A stretch of 64,000 nucleotides of DNA from Auanema rhodensis (Eukaryota > Animalia > Nematoda). Below the pieces are notes generated by a model that ran no database searches, was not told the origin of the DNA, and saw only the letters and a program-made list of their open reading frames with translations. A program made the position numbers and the translations under genes. Shown piece by piece: positions 55,620 to 64,000 of the stretch; the first letter of the stretch is position 1; every line of letters begins with the position of its first letter. Location of the stretch: assembly GCA_964057225.1 (NCBI GenBank), contig OZ059898.1, forward strand, positions 1,674,001 through 1,738,000, read 5' to 3'.

Positions 55620-58600
55620 TTGTATTAAGCGTTTCTCAATGTAGTATAGTGCATTCGATGCGGATTATTAAGCTGCGTCGATCTGTGTTATCAGATTTGC
55701 GCTAGCTTAAAAATGCACCGAGATATCAACTGATATAAGTTCACACTTATATCCTCGATTTTCACCCTGAAGATTTAATTTTTTCGTTGAATAACATTGT
55801 CCATCGTCTTTGCCTTGAAAAATGGAATCTAAAAACATCTACTTTTTGCTAAATTATTTTGAAATTTTTCGAAAAAATTTTTGTCAAAATGTTTTTGGAA
55901 GCAATGTTGAGTGTACATGGAAACTCAACATACACTAATGCATCATTTTTCAAACGATCATAACTAATTTTTCTATTAAGCGTTTCTCAATGTAGTATAA
56001 TGCATTCGATGCAAATTTTTAAGCTGCGTCGATCTGTGTTATCAGATTTGCGCTAGCTTAAAAATGCACCGAGATATCAACTGATATAAGTTCACACTTA
56101 TATCCTCGATTTTCACCCTGAAGAATTAATTTTTTTGTTGAATAACATTGTCCATCGTCTTTGCCTTGAAAAAAGGAATCTAAAAACATCTACTTTTTGC
56201 TAAATTATTTTGAAATTTTTCGAAAAAATTTTTGTCAAAATGTTTTTGGAAGCAATGTTGAGTGTACATGGAAACTCAACATACACTAATGCATCATTTT
56301 TCAAACGATCATAACTAATTTTTGTATTAAGAGTTTCTCAATGTAGTATAGTGAATTCGATGCGGATTTTTAAGCTGCGTCGATCTGTGTTATCAGATTT
56401 GCGCTAGCTTAAAAATGCACCGTGATATCAACTGATATAAGTTCACACTTATATCCTCGATTTTCACCCTGAAGAATTAATTTTTTCGTTGAATAACATT
56501 GTCCATCGTCTTTGCCTTGAAAAATGGAATCTAAAAACATCTACTTTTTGCTAAATTATTTTGAAATTTTTCGAAAAAATTTTTGTCAAAATGTTTTTGG
56601 AAGCAATGTTGAGTGTACATGGAAACTCAACATACACTAATGCATCATTTTTCAAACGATCATAACTAATTTTTGTATTAAGCGTTTCTCAATGTAGTAT
56701 AGTGCATTCGATGCGGATTTTTAAGCTGCGTCGATCTGTGTTATCAGATTTGCGCTAGCTTAAAAATGCACCGAGATATCAACTGATATAAGTTCACACT
56801 TATATCCTCGATTTTCACCCTGAAGAATTAATTTTTTCGTTGAATAACATTGTCCATCGTCTTTGCCTTGAAAAAAGGAATCTAAAAACATCTACTTTTT
56901 GCTAAATTATTTTGAAATTTTCTGAAAAAATTTTTGTCAAAATGTTTTTGGAAGCAATGTTGAGTGTACATGGAAACTCAACATACACTAATGCATCATT
57001 TTTCAAACGATCATAACTAATTTTTGTATTAAGCGTTTCTCAATGTAGTATAGTGCATTCGATGCGGATTTTTAAGCTGCGTCGATCTGTGTTATCAGAT
57101 TTGCGCTAGCTTAAAAATGCACCGAGATATCAACTGATATAAGTTCACACTTATATCCTCGATTTTCACCCTGAAGAATTAGTTTTTTCGTTGAATAACA
57201 TTGTCCATCGTCTTTGCCTTGAAAAAAGGAACCTAAAAAAATCTACTTTTTGCTAAATTATTTTGAAATTTTCTGAAAAAATTTTTGTCAAAATGTTTTT
57301 GGAAGCAATGTTGAGTGTACATGGAAACTCAACATACACTAATGCATCATTTTTCAAACGATCATAACTAATTTTTGTATTAAGCGTTTCTCAATGTAGT
57401 ATAGTGCATTCGATGCGGATTTTTAAGCTGCGTCGATCTGTGTTATCAGATTTGCGCTAGCTTAAAAATGCACCGAGATATCAACTGATATAAGTTCACA
57501 CTTATATCCTCGATTTTCACCCTGAAGAATTAATTTTTTTGTTGAATAACATTGTCCATCGTCTTTGCCTTGAAAAAAGGAATCTAAAAACATCTACTTT
57601 TTGCTAAATTATTTTGAAATTTTTCGAAAAAATTTTTGTCAAAATGTTTTTGGAAGCAATGTTGAGTGTACATGGAAACTCAACATACACTAATGCATCA
57701 TTTTTCAAACGATCATAACTAATTTTTGTATTAAGCGTTTCTCAATGTAGTATAGTGCATTCGATGCGGATTTTTAAGCTGCGTCGATCTGTGTTATCAG
57801 ATTTGCGCTAGCTTAAAAATGCACCGAGATATAAACTGATATAAGTTCACACTTATATCCTCGATTTTCACCCTGAAGATTTAATTTTTTCGTTGAATAA
57901 CATTGTCCATCGTCTTTGCCTTGTAAAATGGAATCTAAAAACATCTACTTTTTGCTAAATTATTTTGAAATTTTTCGAAAAAATTTTTGTCAAAATGTTT
58001 TTGGAAGCAATGTTGAGTGTACATGGAAACTCAACATACACTAATGCATCATTTTTCAAACGATCATAACTAATTTTTGTATTAAGCGTTTCTCAATGTA
58101 GTATAGTGCATTCGATGCGGATTTTTAAGCTGCGTCGATCTGTGTTATCAGATTTGCGCTAGCTTAAAAATGCACCGAGATATCAACTGATATAAGTTCA
58201 AACTTATATCCTCGATTTTCACCCTGAAGAATTAATTTTTTTGTTGAATAACATTGTCCATCGTCTTTGCCTTGAAAAAAGGAATCTAAAAACATCTACT
58301 TTTTGCTAAATTATTTTGAAATTTTTCGAAAAAATTTTTGTCAAAATGTTTTTGGAAGCAATGTTGAGTGTACATGGAAACTCAACATACACTAATGCAT
58401 CATTTTTCAAACGATCATAACTAATTTTTGTATTAAGCGTTTCTCAATGTAGTATAGTGCATTCGATGCGGATTATTAAGCTGCGTCGATCTGTGTTATC
58501 AGATTTGCGCTAGCTTAAAAATGCACCGAGATATCAACTGATATAAGTTCACACTTATATCCTCGATTTTCACCCTGAAGATTTAATTTTTTCGTTGAAT

Positions 58601-60600
58601 AACATTGTCCATCGTCTTTGCCTTGAAAAATGGAATCTAAAAACATCTACTTTTTGCTAAATTATTTTGAAATTTTTCGAAAAAATTTTTGTCAAAATGT
58701 TTTTGGAAGCAATGTTGAGTGTACATGGAAACTCAACATACACTAATGCATCATTTTTCAAACGATCATAACTAATTTTTCTATTAAGCGTTTCTCAATG
58801 TAGTATAATGCATTCGATGCAAATTTTTAAGCTGCGTCGATCTGTGTTATCAGATTTGCGCTAGCTTAAAAATGCACCGAGATATCAACTGATATAAGTT
58901 CACACTTATATCCTCGATTTTCACCCTGAAGAATTAATTTTTTTGTTGAATAACATTGTCCATCGTCTTTGCCTTGAAAAAAGGAATCTAAAAACATCTA
59001 CTTTTTGCTAAATTATTTTGAAATTTTTCGAAAAAATTTTTGTCAAAATGTTTTTGGAAGCAATGTTGAGTGTACATGGAAACTCAACATACACTAATGC
59101 ATCATTTTTCAAACGATCATAACTAATTTTTGTATTAAGAGTTTCTCAATGTAGTATAGTGAATTCGATGCGGATTTTTAAGCTGCGTCGATCTGTGTTA
59201 TCAGATTTGCGCTAGCTTAAAAATGCACCGTGATATCAACTGATATAAGTTCACACTTATATCCTCGATTTTCACCCTGAAGAATTAATTTTTTCGTTGA
59301 ATAACATTGTCCATCGTCTTTGCCTTGAAAAATGGAATCTAAAAACATCTACTTTTTGCTAAATTATTTTGAAATTTTTCGAAAAAATTTTTGTCAAAAT
59401 GTTTTTGGAAGCAATGTTGAGTGTACATGGAAACTCAACATACACTAATGCATCATTTTTCAAACGATCATAACTAATTTTTGTATTAAGCGTTTCTCAA
59501 TGTAGTATAGTGCATTCGATGCGGATTTTTAAGCTGCGTCGATCTGTGTTATCAGATTTGCGCTAGCTTAAAAATGCACCGAGATATCAACTGATATAAG
59601 TTCACACTTATATCCTCGATTTTCACCCTGAAGAATTAATTTTTTTGTTGAATAACATTGTCCATCGTCTTTGCCTTGAAAAAAGGAATCTAAAAACATC
59701 TACTTTTTGCTAAATTATTTTGAAATTTTCTGAAAAAATTTTTGTCAAAATGTTTTTGGAAGCAATGTTGAGTGTACATGGAAACTCAACATACACTAAT
59801 GCATCATTTTTCAAACGATCATAACTAATTTTTGTATTAAGCGTTTCTCAATGTAGTATAGTGCATTCGATGCGGATTTTTAAGCTGCGTCGATCTGTGT
59901 TATCAGATTTGCGCTAGCTTAAAAATGCACCGAGATATCAACTGATATAAGTTCACACTTATATCCTCGATTTTCACCCTGAAGAATTAGTTTTTTCGTT
60001 GAATAACATTGTCCATCGTCTTTGCCTTGAAAAAAGGAACCTAAAAAAATCTACTTTTTGCTAAATTATTTTGAAATTTTCTGAAAAAATTTTTGTCAAA
60101 ATGTTTTTGGAAGCAATGTTGAGTGTACATGGAAACTCAACATACACTAATGCATCATTTTTCAAACGATCATAACTAATTTTTGTATTAAGCGTTTCTC
60201 AATGTAGTATAGTGCATTCGATGCGGATTTTTAAGCTGCGTCGATCTGTGTTATCAGATTTGCGCTAGCTTAAAAATGCACCGAGATATCAACTGATATA
60301 AGTTCACACTTATATCCTCGATTTTCACCCTGAAGAATTAATTTTTTTGTTGAATAACATTGTCCATCGTCTTTGCCTTGAAAAAAGGAATCTAAAAACA
60401 TCTACTTTTTGCTAAATTATTTTGAAATTTTTCGAAAAAATTTTTGTCAAAATGTTTTTGGAAGCAATGTTGAGTGTACATGGAAACTCAACATACACTA
60501 ATGCATCATTTTTCAAACGATCATAACTAATTTTTGTATTAAGCGTTTCTCAATGTAGTATAGTGCATTCGATGCGGATTTTTAAGCTGCGTCGATCTGT
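55620..60600 (+). repeat. Tandem duplication with 8-monomer period (2808 bp); boundaries approximate
   Basis: Paired variants lie 2808 bp apart: T212A 55667/58475, the G167C+G194A+GG207-208AA monomers at 55807/58615, C197A creating GAATTC at 56353/59161, and the T22C+C30A monomers at 57211/60019. Confidence 0.9.
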
Positions 60601-63600
60601 GTTATCAGATTTGCGCTAGCTTAAAAATGCACCGAGATATCAACTGATATAAGTTCACACTTATATCCTCGATTTTCACCCTGAAGAATTAATTTTTTCG
60701 TTGAATAACATTGTCCATCGTCTTTGCCTTGAAAAAAGGAATCTAAAAACATCTACTTTTTGCTAAATTATTTTGAAATTTTCTGAAAAAATTTTTGTCA
60801 AAATGTTTTTGGAAGCAATGTTGAGTGTACATGGAAACTCAACATACACTAATGCATCATTTTTCAAACGATCATAACTAATTTTTGTATTAAGCGTTTC
60901 TCAATGTAGTATAGTGCATTCGATGCGGATTTTTAAGCTGCGTCGATCTGTGTTATCAGATTTGCGCTAGCTTAAAAATGCACCGAGATATCAACTGATA
61001 TAAGTTCACACTTATATCCTCGATTTTCACCCTGAAGAATTAATTTTTTCGTTGAATAACATTGTCCATCGTCTTTGCCTTGAAAAAAGGAACCTAAAAA
61101 AATCTACTTTTTGCTAAATTATTTTGAAATTTTCTGAAAAAATTTTTGTCAAAATGTTTTTGGAAGCAATGTTGAGTGTACATGGAAACTCAACATACAC
61201 TAATGCATCATTTTTCAAACGATCATAACTAATTTTTGTATTAAGCGTTTCTAAATGTAGTATAGTGCATTCGATGCGGATTTTTAAGCTGCGTCGATCT
61301 GTGTTATCAGATTTGCGCTAGCTTAAAAATGCACCGAGATATCAACTGATATAAGTTCACACTTATATCCTCGATTTTCACCCTGAAGAATTAATTTTTT
61401 TGTTGAATAACATTGTCCATCGTCTTTGCCTTGAAAAAAGGAATCTAAAAACATCTACTTTTTGCTAAATTATTTTGAAATTTTTCGAAAAAATTTTTGT
61501 CAAAATGTTTTTGGAAGCAATGTTGAGTGTACATGGAAACTCAACATACACTAATGCATCATTTTTCAAACGATCATAACTAATTTTTGTATTAAGCGTT
61601 TCTCAATGTAGTATAGTGCATTCGATGCGGATTTTTAAGCTGCGTCGATCTGTGTTATCAGATTTGCGCTAGCTTAAAAATGCACCGAGATATCAACTGA
61701 TATAAGTTCACACTTATATCCTCGATTTTCACCCTGAAGAATTAATTTTTTTGTTGAATAACATTGTCCATCATCTTTGCCTTGAAAAAAGGAATCTAAA
61801 AACATCTACTTTTTGCTAAATTATTTTGAAATTTTTCGAAAAAATTTTTGTCAAAATGTTTTTGGAAGCAATGTTGAGTGTACATGGAAACTCAACATAC
61901 ACTAATGCATCATTTTTCAAACGATCATAACTAATTTTTGTATTAAGCGTTTCTCAATGTAGTATAGTGCATTCGATGCGGATTTTTAAGCTGCGTCGAT
62001 CTGTGTTATCAGATTTGCGCTAGCTTAAAAATGCACCGAGATATCAACTGATATAAGTTCACACTTATATCCTCGATTTTCACCCTGAAGAATTAATTTT
62101 TTCGTTGAATAACATTGTCCATCGTCTTTGCCTTAAAAAAAGGAATCTAAAAACATCTACTTTTTGCTAAATTATTTTGAAATTTTTCGAAAAAATTTTT
62201 GTCAAAATGTTTTTGGAAGCAATGTTGAGTGTACATGGAAACTCAACATACACTAATGCATCATTTTTCAAACGATCATAACTAATTTTTGTATTAAGCG
62301 TTTCTCAATGTAGTATAGTGCATTCGATGCGGATTTTTAAGCTGCGTCGATCTGTGTTATCAGATTTGCGCTAGCTTAAAAATGCACCGAGATATCAACT
62401 GATATAAGTTCACACTTATATCCTCGATTTTCACCCTGAAGAATTAATTTTTTCGTTGAATAACATTGTCCATCGTCTTTGCCTTGAAAAAAGGAATCTA
62501 AAAACATCTACTTTTTGCTAAATTATTTTGAAATTTTTCGAAAAAATTTTTGTCAAAATGTTTTTGGAAGCAATGTTGAGTGTACATGGAAACTCAACAT
62601 ACACTAATGCATCATTTTTCAAACGATCATAACTAATTTTTGTATTAAGCGTTTCTCAATGTAGTATAGTGCATTCGATGCGGATTTTTAAGCTGCGTCG
62701 ATCTGTGTTATCAGATTTGCGCTAGCTTAAAAATGCACCGAGATATCAACTGATATAAGTTCACACTTATATCCTCGATTTTCACCCTGAAGAATTAATT
62801 TTTTTGTTGAATAACTTTGTCCATCGTCTTTGCCTTGAAAAAAGGAATCTAAAAACATCTACTTTTTGCTAAATTATTTTGAAATTTTTCGAAAAAATTT
62901 TTGTCAAAATGTTTTTGGAAGCAATGTTGAGTGTACATGGAAACTCAACATACACTAATGCATCATTTTTCAAACGATCATAACTAATTTTTGTATTAAG
63001 CGTTTCTCAATGTAGTATAGTGCATTCGATGCGGATTTTTAAGCTGCGTCGATCTGTGTTATCAGATTTGCGCTAGCTTAAAAATGCACCGAGATATCAA
63101 CTGATATAAGTTCACACTTATATCCTCGATTTTCACCCTGAAGAATTAATTTTTTTGTTGAATAACATTGTCCATCGTCTTTGCCTTGAAAAAAGGAATC
63201 TAAAAACATCTACTTTTTGCTAAATTATTTTGAAATTTTTCGAAAAAATTTTTGTCAAAATGTTTTTGGAAGCAATGTTGAGTGTACATGGAAACTCAAC
63301 ATACACTAATGCATCATTTTTCAAACGATCATAACTAATTTTTGTATTAAGCGTTTCTCAATGTAGTATAGTGCATTCGATGCGGATTTTTAAGCTGCGT
63401 CGATCTGTGTTATCAGATTTGCGCTAGCTTAAAAATGCACCGAGATATCAACTGATATAAGTTCACACTTATATCCTCGATTTTCACCCTGAAGAATTAA
63501 TTTTTTCGTTGAATAACATTGTCCATCGTCTTTGCCTTGAAAAAAGGAATCTAAAAACATCTACTTTTTGCTAAATTATTTTGAAATTTTTCGAAAAAAT

Positions 63601-64000
63601 TTTTGTCAAAATGTTTTTGGAAGCAATGTTGAGTGTACATGGAAACTCAACATACACTAATGCATCATTTTTCAAACGATCATAACTAATTTTTGTATTA
63701 AGCGTTTCTCAATGTAGTATAGTGCATTCGATGCGGATTTTTAAGCTGCGTCGATCTGTGTTATCAGATTTGCGCTAGCTTAAAAATGCACCGAGATATC
63801 AACTGATATAAGTTCACACTTATATCCTCGATTTTCACCCTGAAGAATTAATTTTTTCGTTGAATAACATTGTCCATCGTCTTTGCCTTGAAAAAAGGAA
63901 TCTAAAAACATCTACTTTTTGCTAAATTATTTTGAAATTTTCTGAAAAAATTTTTGTCAAAATGTTTTTGGAAGCAATGTTGAGTGTACATGGAAACTCA

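Larger units (their letters stand above)
1..64000. repeat. Tandem satellite DNA array, 351-bp monomer, ~182.3 copies, single orientation, continuing past both window edges
   Basis: The monomer start (T[T/C]TTTGCCTTGAAAAA) recurs at 1, 352, 703 and so on. The 183rd start is at 63880 = 1 + 182x351 - 3, matching exactly three 1-bp deletions (at ~8893, ~9594, ~12752). I saw no non-repeat insertion or strand switch. Confidence 0.99.

Noticed and set aside
55508-55705. 65-aa ORF from the supplied track
   Set aside because: It is ordinary monomer sequence in which one T155C change at 55610 turns the consensus TAA into CAA. It has a TTG start, no recognisable domain, and the other copies keep the stop.
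1-64000. CRISPR array
   Set aside because: There are no unique spacers: the entire 351 bp repeats, and there are no cas genes.

Overview
The whole 64-kb window is one uninterrupted head-to-tail satellite DNA array with a 351-bp AT-rich monomer (about 31% GC by hand count of copy 1). It holds 182 complete copies plus a 121-bp partial copy, all in one orientation, and runs off both ends. Copies usually differ from consensus by 0-5 substitutions. The only length changes I found are three copies with the same 1-bp deletion. I can support no genes, RNA genes, CRISPR arrays or inserted mobile elements, and the single listed ORF is a chance stop-loss in one monomer. The structure of interest is at two levels. 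(i) The monomer is dense in dyad symmetries and A/T tracts. (ii) Shared variants reveal nested higher-order repeats (2-, 5/7/9-, 8-, 9- and 10-monomer periods) and a layered layout: rare haplotypes are shared by the two flanks about 46 kb apart, while a central ~33-kb domain carries its own marker. This fits eukaryotic (peri)centromeric or heterochromatic satellite, but I do not recognise the family or organism. I see no evidence of a new protein-coding system. Variant positions such as C289A are numbered on the monomer as it starts at window position 1, and all were read by eye.
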